A stretch of 61,648 nt of DNA, filler included, from Sphacelaria rigidula (taxonomy: Eukaryota), in the NCBI GenBank assembly GCA_964200075.2. It is 6 parts of 6 records of this genome, joined end to end, with 100 filler letters (N's around TTAATTAATTAA, not from the genome) between each part and the next. Parts side by side here need not be neighbours in the genome. Positions count along the whole stretch, not along the records: positions 41,168 to 51,358 come from CAXNAA020006963.1; positions 51,459 to 61,648 come from CAXNAA020006964.1; 4 more parts are not named here. One strand, given 5' to 3'. The position numbers were made by a program, and so were the translations under genes. The notes below the pieces were generated by a model. The model worked only from the letters and a program-made list of their open reading frames with translations, was not told where the DNA came from and made no database searches. This document shows, in pieces, positions 47,874-60,638 of the stretch (the stretch's first letter is position 1; every line of letters begins with the position of its first letter).

Positions 47874-50800
47874 TGGAAAGGCACGTAGAACAAGTATTGC
47901 CGAAGCCTTTTAATAGCCCAAGTGATGACTCCGCCTTCGACTTCGAATGGACTCCAGTTTGCCTCATTTGGGAGGGTTGCGCGGCTGATGTACAAAATAG
48001 GTCGGACAGAGCCATCCAGTTGAGGCTGATTCAAAACGGCGCCGAACCCATCTGTGCTAGCATCGGTGTGTAGTTGGAGAAGACGTGAGCCATCTTGTAC
48101 CGCATCCCAATCCGGAAAACAAAGAACCGTTTTTTCGGTCAGTGTTTTGAGCAGGTCGCGGACGGTGGCTTCCATGTCTTCGGTGAAGACAAACGGGGCG
48201 TTTTTCTTCAATAAATTTGTAATGGGCCGGATCCGCTTCGACAAATTGGGCAAAAGTTTGCGATAATATGAAATTCCGCTCAACAGCGAGCGAAGCTGCG
48301 AAATATTGGTGGGCATGTGCATATCAGTCATAGCCTTGACTTTGTCCGTGTCTAGGTGCAATCCAGCAGGAGAGATAGAGTGTCCCAAAAACTCCAATTC
48401 AGTGGCTCTGAATCGAGCTTTGGATGGAGACAATTTTTAGTCGTGTGTACGCAAGCGGGAGAGGAATTCCCGTAGAGTGTGAACATGCGCCTTGGGGGAG
48501 GCATTAAAAGCGATAGCATCGTCTAAATACATAATAACATGCTCGAGACCGTCAGTAACGCGTTGCATGAGGCGTTGAAAGCAGCCAGGTGCGGTGACAG
48601 CGCCTTGTGGCATACGAAACCATTCAAAAAGCCCTGAAGATGTACAGAACGCAGGAAACTGTACCGGGTTGAATTGCATTTTGGAAAAATCCAGAGGCCA
48701 GATCGAAAGTGCTGAATTTCCCTCGCCGAGAGAGTCGAAGACTTCGTCGATGCGAGGTATGGGGAGTTTTCCCACGACAGTGACGCGATTCAGCCGTTTG
48801 TAATTCACGGTGATGCGTATGTTGCCATCTTTTTTGGAGACAACCATGAGGGGTGAGGCCCATGGCGAAGACGAGTGTTGAATCAGACCAGCTCCTGAGT
48901 ATGCATCCAGAATAGCATTGACTTTTTTGGTGAGCAGGGGATTCGTTCGATATGGTCGAGATGAGATTGGCGAAACGCCAGGTTGCAGTGTTATCTCGAA
49001 TGACAATGTTTTACAATGCCCGAGATCCGTCTTGGATCGGGAAAATCTGTCCTGACATTTCAGGAGAACATCTTGTAGCTCTTGGATGACGGCGGGCTCC
49101 CAGCCCGGACCATGTAGGTCAAAATGGATATCACACAAATGAGGTGGAAGTTGGTGCCACATTTTCAGGTAATGTTCTCGAGAGTCGACCGATGAGCGTT
49201 AAAGCACTTCATCAGGAGGTTTATCAGGGGGTCGGTCGGATTCCACCGCAGATATCCGAGTCGGGGGTGAGGCGGATATATTGAAGTATGGCTCATCAAC
49301 GCAATGGACAAAACCATCAGTCGGCGGCGTGAGATCAGGCGCCGGAGGGTCGGCTACACAGGTCTCCAGAGGAATGTGCATAAGAGGAGCCGCGGCGATG
49401 CCCAAGACATCGCCAGGTTCCAAATTAGCATGGCCTGTGAGGCAGGAGTTGTTCGCCGTCCGAGACAAAATGCTCAGTGCCAGCGGGCGCGCCAACTTTA
49501 GGCAGCAATTCCGCAAGGTAGTGGCCGGTGAGGGCAGGCACACCGTTGCGGCGAACAAGCAAAATTTCCAAGAGTTAAGGCTCGTCGGAAAGGGTGACGC
49601 CAGAACTGCCATTGTGCCGAAGATGGTAAGCCGCTCCGGTAGCCTGCTCATTCTTTTTGCAGGCTAAGGTGTCGGGAATACATCTTCGCAGTGACATATC
49701 AGAGACTGAGACCACACGTGTATAAGTAGGAACGGTCCGAATGGACCAGATTCCCGAGGACCCTGTAATGCCGACGTAACTAGACAACTTGGGGCGATGC
49801 CAGGAAGAGTCTAATTTAGGGCAACCCAACATCCCTCAAGGTCTGGGTCGCCCCTGGCGCCCACTTCTCGTCTGACCCCCTTCTTGCCTACATATACAGA
49901 AGGATATCATCGCCAGCCTCGGAGTTCCTTCGGCATCAGGTGTTATGGATCGCGGCATACATGGAGGAAGGGCAGTACAATGATGGGCCCATCTAATCTG
50001 ATGGAAAAGTCCCGGAGGGCTGACTGCGGAAATTGGCAATGTGCAGCAGTCAGGGGGGAGGATGTTTGAGCCCGTACGAAGACGGTTACATAAACATGCC
50101 TCTTTACATCGGGCTTGAACTCGGTTCTTTCAGAATCGGTAAACACCGGCCCCCTGGTTTTTACTCCTATGGAAGGGAACGAAGTGGCCTGAGACATGAG
50201 ATTCAAAACCACCAGTGCAAAAGAGAAATACTATCACCTGAGGCTGAGATCAAGATACCCTGACATTCAGGATGAGCTGTTCCTCGTTAAACTGATCATC
50301 CCTTGTGCTGAAAAACTGTTTTGCCCTGCGATAAATGGTGAGCGAGTACGTACAAATCATTGCATACTGTATTGCACATGGATGAATATCCCGCATGTTT
50401 GGTTGAAGTAGGAAATTTCACTTCATGCCCCGTCTTGAGAAGATCCGTCATCACAGTGCTTGAGCAGCGACATGGGAACCGCAACAATTGAGACAGTAGT
50501 AAAAACGAACCAGTGCACGGATGAGCCGGAGAGGTACTACCACTATTTTGTCCGTATCACAGCACCCTGCAAACACTGAAGACTCGTTCGAAATCAGCCG
50601 AAGAACTAGAACATGGGACATGTCTTGTCTCACTGTACTGCAGCACAAACACACTCACTTCCGCTCTCATGTGCTGTAGCTATCACTGTTATTGGGTGTG
50701 CTTAGACCTTGCGAAGACGGTTTAGTCTCCGCTGAGATTGCTTGATGTGCTGTATTTGTTGTTTTCGTCCCTCTGTAACCAAGCTGTAACATATGGTATC

Positions 50801-51358
50801 AGTCAGGACGCAGTGCTGTCTACACATTTTACTGTTGAAAAATCAAAACTTCATGTTACCCGGACCCATCACTTGCGCGATACCGAGCACTGCTGTAAAG
50901 GCACGCAACCAGCACCAGTATACACCGCTCGACCGGCTGGGCCAGACCCCAGGCTCCAATGAAAGGAGCGACGCACACCACTGTGCGTGTGTACTCCACC
51001 GCCAGGGTACTGCTTGCACCCGTCAGTATGACAGCTGCTGCCGTTGGCATCGGCGCCAGCGCTCGCGGCCACGGCAAGATTAATCTAGCAACAAGAGAAG
51101 CTGATGCATACTGTATACAGTCCGTCTTCAGGTTCCAAAATTGACGGCGCACCTTGCTCAGGCGGTGCGCTGTTCCTCTAAGTGAACGAACTTGTTGTCT
51201 TTGCCAGCGTGGGGGACTGGCGGGATGAGGGAAGTGTTCTTTCCCCTTGTGAGAGATAAACATACATAGATACATACGTTGGATTACTATGAAGGCTTGC
51301 CTTCCTTGCGATATCACAACCGACCATGTTGTATGTATTTCTTACATCTACAACAACA

Positions 51359-51458
51359 NNNNNNNNNNNNNNNNNNNNNNNNNNNNNNNNNNNNNNNNNN
51401 NNTTAATTAATTAANNNNNNNNNNNNNNNNNNNNNNNNNNNNNNNNNNNNNNNNNNNN
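51359..51458. other. Artificial contig linker
   Basis: 44N-TTAATTAATTAA-44N. Confidence 0.98.
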
Positions 51459-51580
51459 CCCTCTTCCCTGTCTGATGACTATAGCATGCATGATCATGAG
51501 TACACCCTCCTCTTCTCTAAGCCTGAACGCCTCCATTTCATTCTGCGACACGCGGAGACGGGGTGAATAATATTATGTAC

Positions 51581-54500
51581 CTCCTCTCGCGCCATCTCTT
51601 TCATCTCTGGGTCGCCTCCAGCTCCCGACGATTCCGCGAAGAATTCCTTCGCGCCCTCCAGATCCTTCGAAGCCTTGGTGTATGCCTTGTACGTTTGTAC
51701 CACCTGCGGGAGGAAAAGGAAAAGAAAATCAATTCGACACATGTTGATTGGTTTGCTTTTGATCTCGATTTCGATTTTGATATGATTGCTGCACTCTCGC
51801 TGATAGCATCTTTCGCTACAATATGAAATCCAGCGAGGTACTGTGCATTTACGTGGACTGGTTCACGATTTCCATATTTTGACAATAATCTTGTTTTGTG
51901 TCACACCCTCAGGATCACCTAACCCTAACCAAGACATCAGCAATAGACAATAGATTCCATACTGTACGCAGTACATTTTTTTGACCGTGTATTGTATTGT
52001 CCAGGGTATGCAAGGCATAACCGAGAACCCTTGGTTGGGCAAGGGGGATCGATGGGATGTCCTATCCTGGGCAATGAGTTAGCAGAGCTCAAATCTGCGC
52101 CGCTGCAGGCGACGATTTGAGCAACCACACATCCTGCGCACGCTGTTATTTTGTTGTTATTATCGTTGCTAAGTTGTAATTGCGATTGTAATCGTAATCG
52201 TAATCGTAATCGTAATCGTAACTGCCATTACCATGGCGATTGTAATTATGATGGTAATAGCCCGCGCCCCCCGTCTCTGTTGCGTCAGGAAGGAAGGAGG
52301 TTAACGGCGTAAAAAAACGGTAGTGCGTACAACTCATTCCCATAGTTCCGTACATGTCATGCTGTACGTGTACTGCACCGACCGTTTTGTTCGGTGACTT
52401 CAAAGCTTTGTCCCTCCAACACGCTCGGAAACGCAGCAGTAACTCTATCCCGAGAAACAACAGGGACAAGGCTACCTACTGAGGACCCCCAGGCAAGACA
52501 AAAAACGTTTTCCTTTTTTTTTTCTTCCTCCTCCATCGAACCAGTACAAGAAATATTCCAACAACAACAAAAAGTGTATATATATATATATGTATATATG
52601 CGTTTTGCACGGGAATGCTGCGGAGAAATTGAATACACTCCTATCCTCAGGGTCCTCCCATCCCTCCTGTCCCTCCTATCCTTCCCCTCTTCCCCCTTCC
52701 ATGCTCCGTCTCGAAAGGGATGCGTGGTCAATGGTCAAATGACTAAGGCAAGCAACAAATGAGTACGCCCCCTTCCCCCTTCCCCCTTCATCCATGTTCA
52801 CCTCTTCCACGCCGGCTCGCTCCTGAGACACCTCCATGATCATCTTTGGATCGGCGAGCACGTCTGGGTCGCCTAACCGCTCTGTGAGCTCCTTGAACGT
52901 GCTCTCGATCCCCGCGAGTTTGTCCAGGACGAAATCATCCAACGCCTTTCGCGCGGGACGGGTGTGGGGCGAGGGTATGTGCGCATTGTTGGGTTTTGGA
53001 AGGCGTGGGGCCTCGAAAATTAGTGTTCAGCAATGTCTATGTTCACGATCGTGGGAGGGGGTTCATGCCCAAATAGTTTGGTCTCCCAAAGAGCTGAGCA
53101 GCAATCTGTTTTCCACGTAATTTCGGAGTGCGTATGAATGTGTGTGTGTGTGTGCCGTCGTGCGTGCGTGTTTTCGTCGTACACTCGACCCTCGCCCCCA
53201 TCCCCGCCCCCCCGGCGCCTGTCCTCGTGACATGTCCGAATTTTTGAGGAATGGATCAAACCGATCTCTCCCCTGGAATCCAAACAAACAAAATCAGACG
53301 AATGAGAAGCATTTTCAGGTTTTAGCTGGATTGCTCTTCAAAATCCCCCTTTGACTTCCGGAAGGCCGCGGAAATCCGGAATCCTTCGACGCCGGCCGAC
53401 CATACCTTCCCAACACGCCCGCCGACGACATTTGGAGTGACAGTGAACGTTAGTTAGCCACATTTTCCATCCGTTCGCCTTCGGGCCAACGGGGTATCCC
53501 ACCGTCCCAACCATCTGTCCCTTTTCAGGTGGCGGTCCCGTCCGTAACGTCCATGCACATTTGCAAGGGCAGATCGGGTAGGGTTATATCAGACTTTTTG
53601 GGCATTTTGACAGGCGCACACTCATGTGGTTCTACGGTAGGGGTGGTCATTTTTCTTTCTGAGGTTCTACACTGTCGGAGTGTCTGGATGACAAACATCT
53701 GGGTCTTAGTGTGCAGCCTCATGAGACTTTTGGACTACAAAGCACACCTCTACCGTAGAATCCTTCATGACCTGCCTAAGTCAGTCACAATGACTTGCAT
53801 GGGCTTTAGAGAGAGGAAGTATGTCACTGGGCGGGCTGCTGCTGTGGAGGTTGGTCAAATCTCTACTTTCCGAAAATTCCAAAATATCGAGCACACCCCA
53901 CCCGACCTGCCCTTGCACGTTTGCCACATGTCTCGTCCCCTACCGAATCTCACGGGACATATATGTCTGCATCCTGTCGTTCTTCACGGGACGTCTCGTT
54001 ATGTATCACGGGACGCCGCCCATATGTTTTGACGGGATGTATAAAGAGACTTTTACGCTAACTTCTTCAGTTGGCGAATAATAATTTGTAGGATATCTTC
54101 GCCGAGTTTCGATGCTCCCCTATATACAGATACAGCGCAGAGAGTGGAGTGTACAGAGGAGACACGAGAAATCGCACGAGCGCGAGTACAGGACCAAGAC
54201 TGGAGGGCTATCGCCTCATCCAGAAGGCGAACCCAAATTTGTAGCAGTGATCTTGCTGTCGTCGGTCGTTTTTCTTTCAGGATGCGATTCAGGGCGCGAA
54301 TGAATTATGTCCTACGAGAAAACCGGTGAACCTCAGTTCGTGTATGTCACAAAAGATCGACGCCAGCTCGTCCCGTGGGGTTTTGTGACGGGACAGGACG
54401 AGACGGGATTCTGACGGGAGCAGATCCATTCGTGCCGTGATATTGGGGATAAGATGGGATATCCCGTCCATCACGTCCGCCATTTTTTTGTCAGGTGTTG

Positions 54501-56285
54501 TGACCCGTCTGTCCCGCCCCGTTGGTTCATTTTGGGGACAGCTGGATATTTCATCCGTCCCATTTGTCTCTTAATTCACGGGTGGCCGTCCCGTCCCGCC
54601 TCGTCCCGTCCTGCCACGCTATAACAAGCCCTGATTTTTTCCAGTAAAAATCTTACCGATGGGTTCGTGGACGGCGAACATTTTTTGGGTAGACTACAAA
54701 TGAAATCCACCATGCGAGCGCTTTCACTATGCACTAGTACACTGTCACGAAATCTTTGACAGAAATCGTACGCCGTGTCATTTTACGAGCATGTAAGTGT
54801 TGCACACGCTGGACAGCTCATGAGCTAGCCCATTTAGCCCCCCTGTTCCCATATCAACTCCATACAGCGCTGGACGCCGAGCACGCGGAGTAGCGCAAAA
54901 AAATGGGCTTTGGCTTTTCTGACCCCGCGGTCACATATTTCATGCTTTTTGAAGCAAGCGGATCTTAGAGATGCGCTTTGGTTAGTTGTTTTAAAGTAGC
55001 TCAGGAGCTGTCCAACATGTAAAAAGTTGAAACGTCGCCTTAGCAGGTATGATACTCCTGCTTGAAGCACATGCGGCAGTAAAGCACGGCACTTTTTCCC
55101 CCTGGTGTTCTCGTGGTATATCTACTCCTCGACAGGGCAAAGAAAGCGCCGTTAAGAGAGACCAGCGCCAGCCCAAAACATCACCAAGGCCATCCTGCCT
55201 GCTTGTTGCGTATACTAGTTGTTCGACGCTGCAGGTCAGCACCCACACACCAACAGCCCTCCCAATTCAAAGTCTGAGGATGCTCAAGCCGCGCTGGGGC
55301 GTAACGTCCACCCGCCACCCCGCCACCCCGCCACTCCGCTTCTACGACTCCCACTTCGCTGCAAAATACCTGACTCGTTGATCGTTCGTTACAGTACTGT
55401 GATATGTGATATATATATATATATAGGGCGTCATATGGTGATTCATGATTGTTGGTTATCTTGCCCTCATCTGCCATCTACCGTTCTATACTGTACGGTG
55501 ATGTACTGAGGATGGGCTGCAACATGACCGAACGACAGAACGGTGTCTGCGGACCGCACGAGTATGAACATGAAACGACATGAGAACGACAGGGTGGGGG
55601 CGGTCCGTACGCGTGAAATCAGAGTTGGTTTGCGAACCCTCGCACACCAACACTTCTTTCAAACTGTGCTTTCTCTGCCTCGAGGGAAGTGCACCTCGAG
55701 TGAAGTGCACCTCAACTGTCTGCGACTGTTGGATTTAAAACTACCGCACTAGTATACACGCGCCTACTTCGTGTACCTGCATGAAGCACTATTATGCTGC
55801 TGTTGCTTGCCTTAGTATTCTCGACTGTACAGCGTAGATACTCTGACTGTCCTCCGCGATCAGCATTTTCAAACTACTGTACCTAGCAGTACAACACACT
55901 AAAATAATATTCAAGCGTATGTACAGTACGAATGACGAATCGCCCGACTATTACAACCGTAAAACGAGAGAGAGAAGTAGCAGTACAACAACTCCCAACA
56001 CGCGATTTGCAACCCACAGCATGTACGCAAGATGTAGCGGGATAATATACTCACCATGCCCAATGCACTCCCTCTCTTGAGTCCAGTCGGTCGCCCGTTC
56101 ACTGGTCGTCGCCGCCGCTCAGCAGCATCTCGTGTGTAGCCCACCACCTCATGAACACTACATAGCCCTCGCGTAGAAACCGTTGACGCTGACAACCGAG
56201 TCCTCCCGGGAGGAGAAGACACGAATCCTGAGGTCACGACGATCGCACACGATAAAGCAGCGAGGGTTCTCCTTGTTGATGCCAT
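51581..56285 (-). CDS. prfA: Peptide chain release factor 1, probably plastid-targeted (5' three exons; rest beyond the contig end)
   Basis: Phase-0 exons 56055-56285 (signal peptide MASTRRTLAALSCAIVVTSG|FVSSP plus transit-like peptide), 52802-52945 (LDKLAGIESTFKELTERLGDPDV...SQERAGVEE) and 51581-51703 (VVQTYKAY...LEGAKE...DPEMKEMAREE). This is the RF1 N-terminal helical domain. The GGQ domain is not in the window. Confidence 0.88.
52186..52221. repeat. (TAATCG)n microsatellite
   Basis: About 6 hexamer units in an RF1 intron. Confidence 0.85.
52702..52772 (-). repeat. Short dispersed repeat (~71 bp), 30 bp from an RF1 donor site
   Basis: Reverse complement of 40997-41067. Confidence 0.8.
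53500..54633. mobile_element. Probable non-autonomous DNA transposon remnant (hAT-like CAGGG end)
   Basis: Ends ...cgtcccgtcctgccacgctataacaagccctg with many cgtccc/gggacg subterminal motifs; left end not identified. Confidence 0.4.
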
Positions 56286-56721
56286 GTGGATCAGGCACAT
56301 AGTCTTTCTTCTCAGACGGATGCTGCTGTTCGAGGATCAGAGTCTGTACTTGATCTTTGTGTGTGTTTTTCTTTTGTATAGGGTCTGTGGGTCAGACCCG
56401 TGTTCGGAATCCCTCCAGATGGATATTGCGGTGATTGGATATGGGGTGCGATGAGATATGCAGTACGATGAAGTCTACTTGCTTTCAGAAATTCTCACAG
56501 TAGTATCACCCACATGCACAGTGTTGTTCCTTACGAAAATATGGAGGCACCAACCACGCGCGGCGAAAAAATGAATATTAGAACATGGCATGGGCTCACG
56601 CGGTACATATCAACTGCAACACTCAGCAGCACCCCATACCAGCGAAATGAGCTGGGCCACAGGTAGCTTGGTTGCCTGTACCATCGCAGGGTAGCAGACT
56701 ATCACCACCACCGCCACTGCC
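56286..56721. promoter_or_regulatory. Putative bidirectional promoter / shared 5' region
   Basis: 436 bp between the divergent ATGs of RF1 (56285) and the PPR gene (56722). Confidence 0.5.
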
Positions 56722-58053
56722 ATGACCATTACAAAAAGTACCCGAAGTAATCTCAAAGCAGCTGCAGTTGCGGTAACAGGGCCGCTAGTCTTCCTCATGA
56801 ACACACCCTCATCGTCAGCATCAGCAACAATTCCTACAACGCTTCAGCAACTCAACAGCTTCCAAAAGGCAACACCGACAAGAACCACGATGATCATACC
56901 TGCTTGGGTGCAAACCAGCGTGGATCGCAGCGCATGGGTTCATCAAGCCACAGCTATCTCATCTAAATCTTCTTCTGCATTGTCGTGGCGGAAGCGACCT
57001 TGCAGGACACCGTCCTCATCTTGTAGCAGTCGTAGGGTTAGGGTCCGACGCCGGAGCCAGCAAGCACGGGTGTCTCCGCTGACTGTGGTGCAGGCCCATG
57101 CGGAGGCAGAGGCACCGACGGGCAGAGGGCGGGCGCCGCCATTGGGGCACGTGGGTACTGGTTTTTCTGACATGCGAGAGGTTGTGTGCAAGGCTTTGTC
57201 CCAGGGGGACGTGCGTGCAGCCTTGGCTTTGCTCGAGCAGCAACAACAACCGCAGCAATTGGAAAATCCTGAAGGTCCTTCGGGCGTTGAACAAGACGAA
57301 AAGGTTCAACCGCAGCAGCAACACCAGACGGCAACAACCATGCCCCTCTCGATGCTAGGCGCAGCACCTAATGCGTCATCGACAACACCACCACCAACAA
57401 CAGCAAAAACAACAACAGCAACAGTGGTGGAAACGTCGCCTACCGAATCCCCCTCCTCCTCCTCCTCCTTCTCCTCCTCCTCCTCCTTCACCACTGCCTC
57501 CGCTACCGACAACAACAGCATCAACACGAACCTCTACGGCACACACGCACGACTCATAACGCTCCTGGTGGAAGCAGGCTTCGAGTCCGAGGCCGTGGAG
57601 ACATTTAACCTCGCACGCACAGGCGCGCTAGAGGCCCTCACCGCCGCCGCCTACGCTGAGGGCGCTGTGCCCCGCGTCCCTTCGAAGCCAGGCGCCGGGA
57701 TATCCGGACTTCGTTTAGACCTCGCCCCGGAAATATGTCACGCCATCATGCTCGCGAAATTTCGGGACGGCGATTGGCAGGGTGTACTCGATGTCATGCG
57801 GGCGTGCTCCGTAGCGCCGCCTCGACGACGCAGGACTCGTAGCCCCGGCATGGTGAAGGCTGGTGTGGGTGTTGGCGGTGACGGCGACGGGAGGGGAGCG
57901 CGAGATGCGGTGGGCGCTGATAGGATTGGGGGTAGGAGCAGCGGGGTCAGGGAAGAGGTGTTGCCACTGGGAGATGGGAAACTTGGAGTTGATGGGCCGA
58001 GCTGGGTGCCGACCGAGGAAACGTACGCTATCGCGCTCGAGGCGTGCGGGAAG
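56722..58053 (+). CDS. Pentatricopeptide-repeat (PPR) protein, first exon
   Basis: 444-codon exon ending AAG|gtgtg. PPR-like helices HARLITLLVEAGFESEAVETF, PEICHAIMLAKFRDGDWQGVLDVMR and PTEETYAIALEACGK, with low-complexity Q/S/T inserts. Later exons not identified. Confidence 0.8.
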
Positions 58054-58508
58054 GTGTGCTCGATGGTACAGTAGTACGATGTGCTTCAGAACTACAAGGT
58101 AGCGCATGTTCGTATTCTGAGAATATGGGTAGATGTTTCAATATTCGCACATATGGCAAGCATGCATATCTTTGTTTGGATCTTTCTCGATGCTTTGCTA
58201 CCGTCCGGCTGGCTCACGCTGTTTTCTTCTCGTGCCTTCGTCCCTCGACGGCGAAATAGTATTCTGCTGCGTTTTTTCTCTTGGTGTGGTGAGGGCGAAG
58301 TTGGAAGTGCGGGGCTACTCATACGCTTTCGAAGAGCCCATCTCAACGAGACCAGAAAATAGAAGCGGGGAGCAAAGCAGCAAGAGTCCAAAGCAGCAAA
58401 TTGATTGGTCGCCGCGATATCATCCCGCCGCGTGATGTCGCGGCGACCCATCAATATGGGACCCAAAGCCATGCAAATTCGGGATTTTCATGTTTTCATG
58501 TTCTGTAC

Positions 58509-58841
58509 TTTTTTTTTCATCGTTCATCATGGTCCGAACCAAAAGCGGGAGATTTTTGCGTTTTCATGCCGCCTCACCATAACCTCACACCCTCTCGGCC
58601 CATAACGCGCCACACACGCTAACGATTGGGGTCAGCTGTCCTCCATAACATACCGCCACAGTTACCTTCATATTTCCATGCGCGATTTTTTTTCATAATT
58701 CATGATGGTCCGTACCAAAAGCGGGAGGTTTTTGCGTTTCCATGCCGCCTCACCATCACTTCACATCCTCTTGGTCCGTAGCTCGCCACACATGCTGACG
58801 ATTGGAGTCAGTTGTTTTTCATAACATACCGACATAGTTAC
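58509..58841. repeat. Two-copy ~177-bp tandem duplication
   Basis: atggtccg.accaaaagcgggag.tttttgcgttt.catgccgcctcaccat...cataacataccg..a.agttac occurs twice. Confidence 0.8.
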
Positions 58842-59079
58842 GGAAGCACCATCACCGAATTGTAGCCTACAGGTAGCGTGGATAGTGGCTGCCGTCGTGT
58901 TACCAATCGTGGTGTCCCTTCACGTGGTTCGTGGTGCACCGAAGTATTTGATGAAACAAAATATCCTCTGTAGTGTTTGAGTTAGCGTTATTTAAAAAAA
59001 AACATGTCAACAATGAATTTCGTTCGGCAAACTGGGGTAAAACCACCTCCTTGCGCTAGATCCCTCGGATATTTTTTCA

Positions 59080-60536
59080 TGTGCGCCAGATAAATCAAAC
59101 CGAATCAATATGTCGTCATCATCCATCATCCTATCGGTGGTGTGTTCACCTCTTTGATGTCCACCACCGCTGTAGCCCTTTCTGTCATGTGTCTTGTCCT
59201 CTCACCAAAGATAAAAGCGAAACATGTTCTGCCCTTGGAGTAGATTGTGTTACTGCCATTGTTCAGGGGGATCGGATTGTAGTCTCCTTGAGTATACATG
59301 ACCTTAATGTTTTACTCGAAAAAAGGCCTTGTTCGACATTTCATGTTTCGGCTACTTGATGCTGCATCGACTCACAGATACAGTAGTACCCGATATTATC
59401 AATCAAGTAACCATCCTCACCCCCTATGGGGTTGGCGTCGGTTGGCAGTGACGCTGTAAAACGCGCCACTCACTGCGTAAGCGAGGCAACCGGGTTACCG
59501 AGTTTTTTGTGCGCTTGCGTTATTTTTGCTGTTACCATGATGGTGGTCGAGCTAGATCGTGTTGTGCGGAGTGGGAAAACCTCAACTCCATACAAAGGGG
59601 ATGATCATACTACGTACGAGCTGGGCCGGCAGTAAATCCCACATTCTCCCTCCGCACTACAACTTCTCAAGTTTCCCAAATCAGCGCGACTTGAGCATAT
59701 CGCTGTGAACTGCGGACTAACCTGGTAACACACGGCACCGCCGCTGCTTGATTAGCGCATTGTTGGCGATGATGTTATTGTACTGCATTGAGTACCGGGT
59801 ACGTCTCTTGCCGTTGCGTGACAACGTGTCTGAAGACGTTTCGTTTAACAAAATGCGGTGGAATTACGATGGACCGTTGCGCCGCATAGGCACACGCACA
59901 CCCGGCATGCCCAGCAAGAGCACACTGGCAGTGCCTCAAGATGGCGTCAAGCTCGTCACAAGTTTCATAATGGGAGAGAACCTCCTAGCCAACTGCCGTA
60001 TATCACCGCACGAGGGAGAAGTACTACTTCAAACTGCGCTATACCCCCCAAAAAAGCAAGTGCGTCACCAAAATATCGAGACCCTTTGCAACTCAGAGGT
60101 ACGAGAGATTATGCACGATTAGTATGCACACAAAAAGTTTTTGTCGTGTCGGGATTCGAACTCGTGACCTGTGTAATTTAAGGCTGTTGTATCAGTTTGA
60201 CCACCGGGGTCAGGCAACAAGTGCGTCGCTGAGCCCAATTTTACGTATTTTTCGCTGAAACTTTCAAGGACGTGGTTGACGCGAGTGCCCGTATGTGCTG
60301 GAGCGTTGTCATCGTTTTTATCATTTTTTGAGGAAGTTATAGCATTTTTCCTGTTTTTGCTGAAACTTCAACTCGCTCTAACTTCCTGTTTTTATTTCCC
60401 GTGACACCCTTTACAGGGTTGCATTGATTGATGATGAAAACGTCGTTTCAAAACTTCAGCGCCTAACTCTCGGAATCGCCAATAGCATCTCCACTCTTCG
60501 TTTAAAAATCACTGATGGCCGACCCAGCTCGTAGTG
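59080..60536 (+). mobile_element. Remnant of the unclassified TIR family, right end ...cccagctcgTAGTG
   Basis: Shares sequence with 10540-11010 (minus) and 19200-19957 (plus); reverse complement of the end reads CACTACGAGCTGGG. Confidence 0.6.
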
Positions 60537-60638
60537 TTTGAACGGTGAGGAACCCATGAGGTAGTGTGTGTAATCCGTGGCTGTCTCTGGAAGTGGCAAC
60601 ACCAGAACATGAACAACTCATTGGAGGCTGTCATCCAT

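Larger units (their letters stand above)
43675..49835 (-). mobile_element. 5'-truncated, frameshifted Ty3/Gypsy LTR retrotransposon (RT-RNase H-integrase-chromo-like)
   Basis: RT (PWASP..V.KKDG..RITVNYKRLN, RMPQG, YLDD) at 48437-49162. RNase H (LHTDAS..GFGAVL, YTDH). Integrase HHCC (CH...HLGV.RT...CFKCQ) and SFDYFGP core. Chromo-like MYKTHWQGL..ASWERESDL at ~45090-45230. gag and 5' LTR absent. Confidence 0.93.

Noticed and set aside
50959-51144. Possible first exon (MKGATHTT...) or continuation of RF1
   Set aside because: No recognisable domain or clear donor site, and it lies on a different contig from RF1.
51919-51930. Telomere-like CTAACCCTAACC
   Set aside because: Only two units; compatible with chance.
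35066-56285. Functional cluster of MCO, RF1, PPR and adenylate kinase
   Set aside because: The genes lie on different size-sorted contigs separated by artificial linkers; only RF1 and PPR are physically linked.
56610-56804. Minus-strand ORF resembling a signal peptide
   Set aside because: Antisense shadow of the PPR 5' region; RF1 has its own well-formed first exon.
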